The notes below the pieces were generated by a model that saw only the letters and a program-made list of their open reading frames with translations, searched no databases and was not told the origin of the DNA. A DNA stretch of 39,354 nucleotides from IMG/VR virus record IMGVR_UViG_3300004241_000321, positions 1-39,354 of that record, one strand, 5' to 3'. Positions within the stretch are counted from its first letter, which is position 1, and each line of letters begins with the position of its first letter. Of the stretch, positions 1 through 9,800 are shown piece after piece. A program made the translations under genes and the position numbers. This DNA is from a virus (lineage: Duplodnaviria > Caudoviricetes).

Positions 1-981
1 CAAAGCATCTTTAGCCGTTACTAATTCTCCATTTGCATTGGCAACATTACGCTGTGTTTGTTCCGAGATTGCGATTGCACCTGAGAGTATCTCTTTAATT
101 GAATGGCTTTTTTGCGTTGTTGCTTCGACGATTTGTCTCTCTTGCTCCACACCGTTAGAAATAGTTCGTGTGGCTTCAGTAATCGTCGTAGCAATCATCG
201 CATTTTGTTTTCCGAGATCTTTTACTTCATTTACCGTCTCTTGCACCATTGCAACAAAATTATTGACGGCAAGCGCTGCATCGGCAAACTCATCTTTTTT
301 AACTACTTCAAGACGCTTCGTCAAATCTTTATCCCCGCTGACCAGCGCACCGATACGACTACGTAATCCCTCAAGCGGATTCAAAACTTCTCGACCGAAG
401 AAAATGTTTAGTACGGATACAAATACAATAACGACGATACTTAAAGCTATAAGTAAAATAGTTTCTGTTTTACTGATTTCAGCATCATTTTTTTCCAGTG
501 AGATCACCAAATCCATGACTCCGAGAACATCACCGCTTTGAACATTCGTATGACAGGCAAGGCATCGATCCTCTGCAACAAGAGGCTGCAAGAGACGAAT
601 AGAGTGTTTTCCGTTCGTATTTTCAATCACTTGAGGTTGTTTGCTTTTAAAAATTTCTCGAATCAAAGGTTCATTGGTAAATTTTGTATCGGGTGCAAGC
701 AATTCGATAACCGCTTGAGATTTCTCCACTTTTAACGCAGCAATTCCCTCGATTTTTTGCGCATTCGCAATTGCTTCGGCAACAACTGCCGGATCTCCGG
801 CAAGCATACTCCCCGAAAGCGTTTGAAAAATAGATTGACTGAGCATATTTAGAGAACGTTTCGCCGTTTCATTGGAAAATTCATGAAATGTTGTTGTTAA
901 ATACCAGTAAATTGTCCCTAATCCTAAAAAACTAAAGAGTAACGTAGTAAAAATTATTTTTGATTTTACGGTATCGAACAT
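1..981 (-). CDS. Host methyl-accepting chemotaxis protein with periplasmic haem-c (CxxCH) sensor domain, 3' end outside window
   Basis: Manual translation from ATG at 981 (GAGG upstream): MFDTVKSKIIFTTLLFSFLGLGTIYWYL (TM1)...AEDRCLACHTNV...TM2...HAMP-like LNPLEGLRSRIGALVSGDKDLTKRLEV..DEF, then coiled coil. Not in the ORF track because it runs off the window. Confidence 0.85.
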   Translation of the reverse strand, partial: MFDTVKSKIIFTTLLFSFLGLGTIYWYLTTTFHEFSNETAKRSLNMLSQSIFQTLSGSMLAGDPAVVAEAIANAQKIEGIAALKVEKSQAVIELLAPDTKFTNEPLIREIFKSKQPQVIENTNGKHSIRLLQPLVAEDRCLACHTNVQSGDVLGVMDLVISLEKNDAEISKTETILLIALSIVVIVFVSVLNIFFGREVLNPLEGLRSRIGALVSGDKDLTKRLEVVKKDEFADAALAVNNFVAMVQETVNEVKDLGKQNAMIATTITEATRTISNGVEQERQIVEATTQKSHSIKEILSGAIAISEQTQRNVANANGELVTAKDAL

Positions 982-1023
982 ATGCAAACCTCGTTGTTAT
1001 AATTTGTGGAATTATTGTACCGT

Positions 1024-1066
1024 ATATCGGTTCAATATATATCGTAATATAGGGATTTATCTTTAA
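1024..1066 (-). promoter_or_regulatory. Possible sigma-28-type promoter elements for the MCP gene
   Basis: Two CGATAT motifs on the minus strand, one preceded by TAAA about 17 nt upstream. A sigma-70-like TACAAT also lies at 1019-1014. Confidence 0.3.
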
Positions 1067-1101
1067 TGTGTGACAGAAACACCATGATTTAGACGTTTCT
1101 A

Positions 1102-1121
1102 TGACACATTTTTGACACAGT
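1102..1121 (+). repeat. Putative integrase arm-type binding site pair (left end)
   Basis: TGACACATTTTTGACACAGT, a tandem TGACACA; 16/20 identical to 39300-39319 at the other prophage end. Confidence 0.5.
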
Positions 1122-1130
1122 TTTTTCACT

Positions 1131-1915
1131 TCAAAATAATACCCCCCTTACACTCTCATCCGTATAGTTCGAAATGAACACTTCCCTCACCGCTTTTTTA
1201 TTATGCCCTCCCCCCAATGTATAATCGATCTCCCTACTCGAGCGTATCACCATATCACTATACAGTTCACGCACCAAGTCACAGTCGTTATAACTAAGGA
1301 GAAACTTTCCTTTGATGTTGTGCAGCAGATCAGCGAGTAACCAATGTTCTACCTCTCCGAATCCGCCCGTATTCTGATAGTAACTTTCCGTGTCCACATA
1401 CGGAGGATCACAATAGAAAAAAGTATCTGGGCTATCATACGTCAGGATCAGTTTCTCGAAGCTCATATTCTCGATTGTTACATAACGCAACCGACGTGAC
1501 CAAACATAGAAGTTTTTATGTAGATCTTTCGGACGGCCACTTTTGGCAGACATTGCAAAATTAGTACCTTTTGCCCCGAAGCTCTGAGTGAGAGAGTAAT
1601 AATAAAAGGCGGCACGCTCGATATTGTTTGTCGGCTTGATCCGCTTATGGACGATATCATCGAAAACCTCACGGCTCACCAATAGCCGGCTCAAATACAT
1701 CGATAGTGATTGGGGGTTGGTTCGAATCGATCGGTGAAGATTGACGAGCTCACCGTTTACATCGTTTACCACTTCCGCTTTTTTGGTAGAGATTGGAGCA
1801 CGTTTCCGATAGAGTACATTTAGAGCACCGCCGAACACTTCGACATAGAGACGATGTCGTCTGCCAGTTGGGATTTACCACCTATCCACCCGAAAGGTGC
1901 TTGAATTCGCTGCAT
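1131..1915 (-). pseudogene. Frameshifted D12-class (Dam-like) N6-adenine DNA methyltransferase
   Basis: N-terminus MQRIQAPFGWIGGKSQLADDIVSM (ATG 1915, AAGGA RBS) is out of frame with LYVEVFGGALNV...FFYCDPPY...LSYND. Frames switch at about 1844-1850. Confidence 0.85.
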
Positions 1916-1950
1916 ATAATTCCTTTGCACCGTGCCATATTTTCACGGTC

Positions 1951-1978
1951 AAAAAAAGATATCGGAGATAATCCGATA
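1951..1978 (-). terminator. Intrinsic terminator upstream of the methyltransferase
   Basis: Minus strand TATCGGA-TTATC-TCCGATA followed by TC and T7. Confidence 0.6.
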
Positions 1979-2031
1979 CCGCAGCAGTCTTTACCGGGTG
2001 CTGTGGGCCAAAATAATGTTACAATCACACT

Positions 2032-2091
2032 ATCAGAAGTGTGTACAGCCTAACGGTTCGTAGTATGCTCGACAGAGCCTCCGCTTCTGCC
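2032..2091 (+). ncRNA. Candidate small three-way-junction antisense RNA
   Basis: Extended -10 TGtTACAAT at 2017-2025. Stems CAGAAGUG/CGCUUCUG, AGCC/GGUU and GCUC/GAGC, with G-U pairs only on the plus strand. Confidence 0.35.
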
Positions 2092-2331
2092 TTATAAACA
2101 CTTCTCTAATGCCGCTTCAAAATCATAAAGACAACTTTGTAACTTCGGATAATTTTCCAACCGAGCTTTGGTCCACTGGACGATATCCCCGCTTTCAGGA
2201 GTCGGATCTTCACATTTTGGTTTTTTCGTTTCACATTTTTTTGTGATCGTGATCGGTTCGCACGGTTTTGGCGTGGCACACCCTGAGAATAACAAGACCA
2301 CAGTCAACACCGTCAAATAAAGCATTTTCAT
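2092..2331 (-). CDS. Outer-membrane spanin (Rz1-like lipoprotein)
   Basis: Signal peptide with lipobox LFSG-C, Pro/Cys-rich, last gene of the lysis cassette. Confidence 0.75.
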   Translation of the reverse strand: MKMLYLTVLTVVLLFSGCATPKPCEPITITKKCETKKPKCEDPTPESGDIVQWTKARLENYPKLQSCLYDFEAALEKCL

Positions 2332-2702
2332 AACTTTCCTCCCTCAGCATTTTTTCGTGCCTCCTCAGCGATTGCACTCAAATCGGTACATTTTTCTCCA
2401 GTAGGAACATACTTGATCGATGTAATATATTTCGGCTTTGCGGCCATAGTCCTATTGAACTCAGCTTCTTTTTCTATGGCATCCAATCTATCCCGCTCCA
2501 TCCAAGCTTTATAAAAAGCTACGCGGTCTTTTTGGCGTGCCGTTTCTACCTCTTCGGTTTTAACAGTTTGCTCAAAAACGTTACGCTCTCCGGACACGGT
2601 TAACGTATAAAACCCAAGAGCGGTAATCGCTACCACTAAAATAATAATAATCCCGATCAGCACCTTACCAATACCGATACTTGCTACTTCTGACAGACGC
2701 AT
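2328..2702 (-). CDS. Inner-membrane spanin (Rz-like)
   Basis: Likely start MRLSEVASIGIGKVLIGIIIILVVAITALGFY (single N-terminal TM) then coiled coil; lies between endolysin and lipoprotein. Confidence 0.7.
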   Translation of the reverse strand: MRLSEVASIGIGKVLIGIIIILVVAITALGFYTLTVSGERNVFEQTVKTEEVETARQKDRVAFYKAWMERDRLDAIEKEAEFNRTMAAKPKYITSIKYVPTGEKCTDLSAIAEEARKNAEGGKL

Positions 2703-3246
2703 ATTTCTCTCCATATTTATAGACGAGCACCGAGTACTCGTAATTGATGTCGCAGTTAGAGCGACATGACCGTTGACCTTTCCATGTAAAGCAACTCTGC
2801 CCTCGACGGCATTGTACTTTCGCTTTTTCCCAATTCTCACCTCCGGCACGGTTGATTTCTTTAAGAACCAATCCGCCGCCGTTATACACCTGATACGTCG
2901 CCCATAGACCATACTTAGGCTGATAGACCGACTTCATAATAATCGCTTGAGCTTTGAGCTGATCAGGGATAGCCTTGATGCTCTCTACCCCTTTGGCTTT
3001 GAGAGGTTTTTGCCAAAGTCGATATGTGATCTGAGGGAGCCCCTCCGATCCTACACCGTCGAGAGACAGGATATTTCGGCATCCTGATTCTTGTACGAGT
3101 TGCCCGACACCGTACTGGTACGGATAGTCAACCCCGAACTGTGCATAGTGTGCTTTGCGTACTTCTTGCACATACGATTGGCACCGTTGGATAGAACCTC
3201 CGAAGAGGTTAACCGCCAAGAGCGTAACAGTAAGGAATAACCACAT
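2665..3246 (-). CDS. Endolysin, lytic transglycosylase/lysozyme-like, with N-terminal signal or SAR segment
   Basis: QESG catalytic motif, GLPQI, YNGG; hydrophobic N-terminus; follows the holin. Confidence 0.75.
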   Translation of the reverse strand: MWLFLTVTLLAVNLFGGSIQRCQSYVQEVRKAHYAQFGVDYPYQYGVGQLVQESGCRNILSLDGVGSEGLPQITYRLWQKPLKAKGVESIKAIPDQLKAQAIIMKSVYQPKYGLWATYQVYNGGGLVLKEINRAGGENWEKAKVQCRRGQSCFTWKGQRSCRSNCDINYEYSVLVYKYGEKYASVRSSKYRYW

Positions 3247-3481
3247 AGAGTGCCATCCGGATCATGTGTGCGGGTAGTATCTTTTTTGCTGTCCAACTAA
3301 CCGATGGGAAAAATAGCTTTCCTGCAGCATGAGCATGAAGCAAAGCTACAGATACGAGAACAACTTTGAGAGCTACCATCTGAAGTGCAGGCGGTATAAG
3401 CTCATAACCCCCGCTAAAAAATAGCACTAAGATAATGATTGAAATCAATATTTCCAGTGCAACCCGTTTTAATTGTCTCAT
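3209..3481 (-). CDS. Putative holin
   Basis: 90 aa with about three hydrophobic segments, directly upstream of the endolysin. Confidence 0.65.
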   Translation of the reverse strand: MRQLKRVALEILISIIILVLFFSGGYELIPPALQMVALKVVLVSVALLHAHAAGKLFFPSVSWTAKKILPAHMIRMALYVVIPYCYALGG

Positions 3482-3654
3482 ACTTCTTTACCCCCTTGAT
3501 GAAATTTAGCGACTAACTCTTGAAGTTCTGAATTGTTTTCACACATCCGATTGCGTAGATCATCGGAAACATCAATTTTTAAATAATCATCGATAATCTT
3601 CCACCCTTGCCAAGCGGGGAACTTGTCTAGGTTGATCCCTTTATACTCCTCCAT
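3478..3654 (-). CDS. Small hypothetical protein (58 aa, MEEYKGINLDKFPAWQGW...)
   Basis: Manual translation; TAATG and ATGA overlaps with both neighbours. Confidence 0.65.
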   Translation of the reverse strand: MEEYKGINLDKFPAWQGWKIIDDYLKIDVSDDLRNRMCENNSELQELVAKFHQGGKEV

Positions 3655-3929
3655 TATTTATCCGCCTTTGCATTTAATTTTTCAAAAATCTTTTCAAGCT
3701 TTCCATCCAGTTTGTCAAACTTCTCATCTAAATCACGATGCCTTACGTAATTCTGTTCTGCAATCGATATTTTCAACGTAGAATTTAACTCTTTAAGATT
3801 ACTTATCTCAGCGATATGGACTTCGTCTGCTCGCTCAAGTGCCATTATTTTTCTGCTTGAGAACCATCCTATGATTAATATTAGACCGCTTAAAATCCAT
3901 AACACTACCTCTTGGTTCATCACATCCAC
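3654..3929 (-). CDS. Membrane-anchored coiled-coil protein, lysis-associated (holin/antiholin-like)
   Basis: N-terminal TM VVLWILSGLILIIGWF, then a coiled coil ending KLDGKLEKIFEKL. Confidence 0.55.
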   Translation of the reverse strand: MDVMNQEVVLWILSGLILIIGWFSSRKIMALERADEVHIAEISNLKELNSTLKISIAEQNYVRHRDLDEKFDKLDGKLEKIFEKLNAKADK

Positions 3930-4270
3930 TCCGCTTTAAATTTCAACCGTTCCGCTTCCGAATAAAAACTATCTTCACAGTGTTTTTCATCCATAAACAG
4001 CGTATTGATGAACCGCATAAAATAATAAGCGGATTGATTCATCCCCTCACTTTTACGCCATAGATAAAACGTCCACGAGCTGACCGTCCAATCCTCTTGA
4101 CCGTAAAGTATCGATCCCCCCGCCTGATCGAAACCGAGTGCTACGATATGAAAATACTCTTTGAGCTTTTCACGGCGATAGAGTTTTCGGAGTGTGTTGA
4201 GCATCAAGGCGGGAATAGAGAGAACAGCGACCAACACCATAGCGATGAGCATAAGGATAAATTTCATCAT
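3920..4270 (-). CDS. Phage hypothetical membrane protein
   Basis: N-terminal TM; FDQAGGSILYGQEDWTVSS and HC motif resemble small proteins found near lysis genes. Confidence 0.6.
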   Translation of the reverse strand: MMKFILMLIAMVLVAVLSIPALMLNTLRKLYRREKLKEYFHIVALGFDQAGGSILYGQEDWTVSSWTFYLWRKSEGMNQSAYYFMRFINTLFMDEKHCEDSFYSEAERLKFKAEWM

Positions 4271-4629
4271 ACGAAGAACCTATTACGCTCAGTTACAAAC
4301 CATAATGCAAAAGCAGAAAAGTTAGCGGCAGTCATAGGCAGTTTTGTACCGTTTTTAAAATGGATCGTTGTCTCACTCAACCCCATCTCAAATGCGGCTT
4401 TCACTTGTAACATCCCGTTCCCGTCCACATCGGTCAATGAAATCATGGAGCCCTGATATTCCACCCCATCCAACATAGCTTTATCTCGGAGATCATTCGC
4501 CTCTTTTTCCGTTTGCTCTGCTGTACGCCCCGCTTCATATTTTGCTACCTCTTCGGGAGTTGCGTCTCTCCAACCCGCCTGATAATCACAATGATTTTTA
4601 TCGTAAAAATTTGTACCGTCCGTCCACAT
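4267..4629 (-). CDS. Tail fibre assembly-like protein (DUF4376-like)
   Basis: 120 aa directly after the fibre gene; ANDLRDKAMLDGVEYQG...FKNGTKLPMT pattern. Confidence 0.5.
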   Translation of the reverse strand: MWTDGTNFYDKNHCDYQAGWRDATPEEVAKYEAGRTAEQTEKEANDLRDKAMLDGVEYQGSMISLTDVDGNGMLQVKAAFEMGLSETTIHFKNGTKLPMTAANFSAFALWFVTERNRFFV

Positions 4630-4630
4630 T

Positions 4631-5926
4631 TTAAAATCCTCTCTTGGCGGTTAATTTATAAGCCCATTTTGCACCGTTTAGATTTGTGGCAGTGGATGTG
4701 CCTTTTAGCGTAGTGTATGTATCAACCCTAAACCCTATCGTATTTTTAGAGGCATATACGGGAGCCTGCTGTGAGTTACCTATATTTATTGACACGTCCT
4801 TAAATATCTCCCCGATGCTATATCCTGCATCTGTATCAATACACTTATAGTGGTAGTCGTAATCTATAGGCTCAACCCCCAAGTTGCTGTTCTTGACAAT
4901 ATGGGAACCCGTTGATGGTAAAGGGGAAGTATATCCGCTGTCGTATATTCCGTTAAGAGCATAGTTTTTAACGGCGGTTATTGCTGAAACGCTAGTAACA
5001 GACTCTTGGAAAAAGACTCTCCATACTTGAACATATGAAGTTCCTGAAATACCAACATAGCATTTTCCTGCGCTAATATCGCAAGTAAACTGCCCATCCA
5101 CCATCGAAATAGTCCCGCCATCTTGATAAATAGGGGCTAGAAGGGTATATCCGAGCGTAGGAACATTGTTCTCATCAATGTTTATGTAGCAATAAACAGC
5201 TGCCGCACTCGCGGGTATCGATAAAGTCATATTGGCTACTATTTCAACGAATCTATCTTTGCTGATAGCTCCTCCCCAAGCATGAGCACTGACGGGCTCA
5301 TCTGTCGAAGCGAGTAGAGTTAAAGTTAAATCTGCCGATGTCGTAGTAATAGCGCAACAACCGTTTGCGTCTCTAAGCCCTGTTTGAATGGTTTGACGAA
5401 TTCCGGTAGCTAAAGGGGTAGTTTTTAATCGATAGCGTGCATCGAAAAATGCGTATAAATTCGCAAACGACACTTTTTTAAGAGTATTTGAAACACTATC
5501 CCAAAACCCGAACTCATCTGCATCGACAAGGGTTGCTTTGGAAGTAGCGGCATGAATTAAAAATTCAAACGACGTAACAGACCATGAAGCGGGTTCCACC
5601 GATGGGCTATCCGTCGTATCGACATTACATCTATAAAATACTCCATCATACGACCAAGACTCACCGACCAATGCACTCGATGTCCCCTGAACAAATACCC
5701 CTTTATAATTCGCTGCAGATATAGCGGCGGCAGATGCTGCTACGGCACTGGCCTCTTTAGCATTTATGCTTGCCTCAGTATTATTCAACTGAGTTACAAA
5801 TGCGATCAGCTTTGTGACAAATGAAGATATAAACGTTACAAAAGTATCCGCCCTCGTTCTAAAATTCACTGCATCCGTTGAAGATGGAGGTGTTTCAGGT
5901 TCTATGAATTCAACATCTATGGCCAT
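4631..5926 (-). CDS. Putative tail fibre / receptor-binding protein
   Basis: 431 aa, helical Ala-rich N-terminus, Thr/Ser/Gly-rich beta C-terminus; position at end of tail module. Confidence 0.6.
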   Translation of the reverse strand: MAIDVEFIEPETPPSSTDAVNFRTRADTFVTFISSFVTKLIAFVTQLNNTEASINAKEASAVAASAAAISAANYKGVFVQGTSSALVGESWSYDGVFYRCNVDTTDSPSVEPASWSVTSFEFLIHAATSKATLVDADEFGFWDSVSNTLKKVSFANLYAFFDARYRLKTTPLATGIRQTIQTGLRDANGCCAITTTSADLTLTLLASTDEPVSAHAWGGAISKDRFVEIVANMTLSIPASAAAVYCYINIDENNVPTLGYTLLAPIYQDGGTISMVDGQFTCDISAGKCYVGISGTSYVQVWRVFFQESVTSVSAITAVKNYALNGIYDSGYTSPLPSTGSHIVKNSNLGVEPIDYDYHYKCIDTDAGYSIGEIFKDVSINIGNSQQAPVYASKNTIGFRVDTYTTLKGTSTATNLNGAKWAYKLTAKRGF

Positions 5927-5941
5927 TATTTCTCCCTTGTT

Positions 5942-6826
5942 TTAAATTAACCCGATAGCTTGGCATGTGATTGCCGTCTCTACGGGGCCATTGACGAGTG
6001 TTTCGTGTTTTTGAATGTAACAGTACAAACTCAGCAGTTCATATTTACCGGGCATGAAAACTATCCCTTTTCCTCGAGCATTGATAAGTGCCTTATAAAC
6101 AGCATTCGCAGATCCGGTACGAGTGAAGATATCGATATCTAACGTTTTGGCATAATTGCCTTCGCTCAAATACGTTGCCCCGCTTGCGGTATCGATAACA
6201 ACAGAGGAATAATCGATAGCACCGACAGTCACACCCCATCGGGTATTACCTAATACCTTAACTCGACCACAGGTAAAAATCCCACATTTAACATCGTTAT
6301 CCCCATTGTCGATAATGATATGAAACGCTATATTCTGAGACAGCGTAGTTCGCTCATAGATAATGGATTCCACCTTGTCATCGAGCCAATCACCATAAAA
6401 ATAATCTTGCCAATCCATAATATCTCGGTAAGTCACATAGGTTTTTGTCTCTATCACTTGGAGAATGTCTAGGTTAATAACCTCTATTGTGATGGTGGTG
6501 GTATCTAGGTTACCGAGATATAGTGCCTCTGCCCCGTATGCGGCTATGGATACATCTATTGCCCCGTTCTTAACCGTCTGCGTATTGAGGAATTGATCAA
6601 ACATACGAAACTTATTTGTTGTCCCTAAGAACTTCCAGTCTGTTGGATTCAAATTTGGCTGTTTATCCGTATTATCCGTTAATGCTTGATACTCTCCATA
6701 GTTTGTCGGTAAGTAAACTCTATCTCCGACGAGATACGGACCATCATTCCACTCTTCATATACAGAAGCTGTTACATTAGAATCAGTGATGATTATCGCG
6801 CCGGGGAACATTATTTTTGAGCTCAT
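5942..6826 (-). CDS. Minor tail tip protein
   Basis: 294 aa directly after tape measure; short carbohydrate-binding-like segment (EWNDGPYLVGDRV...PTDWKFLG). Confidence 0.6.
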   Translation of the reverse strand: MSSKIMFPGAIIITDSNVTASVYEEWNDGPYLVGDRVYLPTNYGEYQALTDNTDKQPNLNPTDWKFLGTTNKFRMFDQFLNTQTVKNGAIDVSIAAYGAEALYLGNLDTTTITIEVINLDILQVIETKTYVTYRDIMDWQDYFYGDWLDDKVESIIYERTTLSQNIAFHIIIDNGDNDVKCGIFTCGRVKVLGNTRWGVTVGAIDYSSVVIDTASGATYLSEGNYAKTLDIDIFTRTGSANAVYKALINARGKGIVFMPGKYELLSLYCYIQKHETLVNGPVETAITCQAIGLI

Positions 6827-9800
6827 GCCGTTACCCCCTGATTATTGCTGATTTGGGTGGCGGTAAGCTGTTTTTTTAGGACTTTAACGGTTTCGGTAAG
6901 TACCGCTACCAACTGAGCCGTTTGTTGCGTCTGTTGCCCCTGCTGATTCACGAGTTGTTTAATATCTATAGGAGTATTCGTAGCCCCGACTTTTTGAAGC
7001 ATCATATCCGCAGGGATGTAAGTACTCTGCTCTTTCAGCGCATCGGTATAGGACTTCGTAAGCTCAGTAGAGTTTTTCAAAGCATCGCCAAGCTTTTGCC
7101 AGTTATTAATCGCTTCGGGAGTAAACGTTGTTTTAATGGCTTGCGAGTACATATCGAGATAATTATCTATCGTTACACCCGATACGCCGATAAGATTAGA
7201 ATAAGCGTTTAAATCCCCCTGCGCCCATTCAGCTTGCAGACGTAACGACTCGAGCGTATCGCCGGAGGACTCAAGCATCCAAGTTTTATAATTGCGGGTA
7301 TAGTCCACATATCCGCTCACCATAGTCGCAAACGTTTCTTGAACTGCTTTACCTATGCCTGAAGCGTATTCGGTCCATGCGGAATAAAACGTATCAGTTA
7401 ATGCGGGATTGTCGACAAACGCACGAATAAACGATTTATCGATAGCACTATAAAACTCTGTCCCGCTATATCTCCCTGCCGATACGACGATAGTATCAAG
7501 ATCGCCAAGCTGTCCGAGTAAATAGTCATACGTTTGAAACATCCCCTCGATGGCTTTTTGCTCTTTTTCGCTTAACCCGTAGTAGTTTGTCCATGAAGAC
7601 GATTTGAACCATGATTTCTTTTTAAAATCAACATAGCTTTGAACCGCACCGGCACCGCTCTCTGTAGTGATATCACTCCATGCTTGGATACCTGATCCGG
7701 TGGTTTTAGTTTTTCCGAAAGCCCCCCCGATCAAAGACCCGAGTGCCGAACCGATTACAGCCCCGACGAGCGTACCTACGACCGGAACAACAGACCCTAT
7801 CATAGCCCCCGCCGCTCCACCTATAGCACCGTAGTCGGCCGCTTTCGTATCAGCTCCCAAAAGCTTATCCCCGATAGACCCCATAGCATAACCGCCTATT
7901 CCACCCGCGATTCCTGCCGTAGCTAATCCACCCGCATACGCCGCACCGCTTAGACCGGATACACCTCCGCCTGCGAGTACGTTTGCACCACCCGCGAGAA
8001 AAGACCCCGTTCCCGTTAAACCCGCACCGTATGCCATACCCGCCATTTGACCCATCATCGCTGAGGGGGCATACAACGCAGCAGTCAAGCCCCCGGTTAA
8101 AAGAGAATAAGCCGTATTTGCGGTGGAAGCTATGTTCAACGCATCCATTACAGAAGAATAATCACTACCTTGTAACGTGACCTGCCCTCCCGCATCCATA
8201 ACGGTACCGCCTGCGGTGGTCGTAAACCCTGCTGAATCCGTTGTCGCACCGATCAATGCCGCAGGAGTAGCGGCAGACCCGAATACCGATCCAAGCCCTC
8301 CGAATGTTTTGAAGATGTTTTGAATACCGCCTGCTCCGGTATCGATCATAGCATCCGCGAGAGATTTTGAGAGACCGCGTGCGAGTGAGTTCGTCATCGC
8401 TCCCCAAAAGTCTTTTAACCACGATCCGAATGACTCGAACTTTCCGGTCATAGCATTGAAAAACTGATCGTCCATCGCTTTATTGATATTACCCATCAGG
8501 TCAAACCAAAACTTGTTTTGCTCCTCAAATGTTTTTTGAGCGAGATCCGCTTGCTCTTTTGCACGTTTTTCATCGATAGATAGGATCGATGCCGAAACAT
8601 AACGCTCGATATCGACGATGTCATTCCCAGCAGCGGCAAACTCTGCGGCACGGTTCGAGATGTTTACTATCTCATTGTCATACCAGTTACCCGAAACGTC
8701 ATTGATGGCGGAATATAGATTTTGAGCTGATTCGATCTGTTTTGCGTATTGCTCACGTGTTTTCTCATCTGCTTTAGCAAAATTATCTTCAGTAAGTTTC
8801 CGTGATTCATTCATCATGGCCCCGAGCTCTTTAAGCTCTTTTCGATTCAATGCTGATTTTGCATCGGATACATATTGAGCAACCTCGAGTTCAGGCATCT
8901 TTTGATCACGCCATATTTTTGCTTTATTATCAATTGCTCTTAAGGCTTTATCATGATCCGATTCATTTAAAGAGAATATTTCATCATTCAACGATTTAAA
9001 ATTGCTTGCATACTCTTTAGCCGCTTTTGCTGCAGCTTTTAACTCTTTTTCGCTCAGAGGTGTTGAGGAAGAATTACGTCCTCCTGCAGAAGGTGCGTTG
9101 GCTTCATCTTGGAACGCTTGCAGAGCTTTACCATATGTTTTTAACTCATTTTCCAACTGAACACGTCTATTCAGGTCAATCCTTTCATTCCCGAACAATG
9201 ACTTACCAATAGATGGGTTATTAATACTGTCATTTACTGCTCCAAGCTGCATAGTTGCATACGTTATTTTTGCTTTGATCGCTTTTTCACTGAGATTTGA
9301 TACGTCTATTGCTGTCCGTTTTACTGAATCTCTAAGCTCATCTGCTTGATTTTTAAGAACTAAACCAACCCCTATGATAGCGGCTCCTGCTATTGCGTAT
9401 GGGTTTATAGCGACGAGCTTATTCCATCCGGATAACGCTACATTTGCGGCCATTTGTCTAGCGGTTAATGTAGTTACTGAAGTTGTCGTAGTATTCGTTG
9501 CAATACTATATGAAGTTGTAGCTATGGTTGATGCAGCCAAATATGCGGCATAAGCGCTTTGAGCTCCGGCAAGTGCAATCGTTCCCGCTTTCCAAATCAA
9601 TATAAGAGCTATTGCCTCTCCGACATACCCTGCATAGGTACCAATCTCCCCGCTATGTTCTGAAAGAAGAATACTAAGATCGGTGATATTACCCGCGATA
9701 GAACTTGTCACCCCATGCATTTTGTCAAATTCACTGATAGACAGCCCAATCTGATTTTGTAGCACTACTAGAGATTGCGCTACCGTTTTTGGCATCTGAT

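Noticed and set aside
38-735. Plus-strand ORFs 38-541, 103-366, 538-735
   Set aside because: Shadow frames antisense to the MCP gene.
4631-5926. Diversity-generating retroelement or invertible tail fibre cassette
   Set aside because: No reverse transcriptase, invertase or second copy of the fibre 3' end seen.
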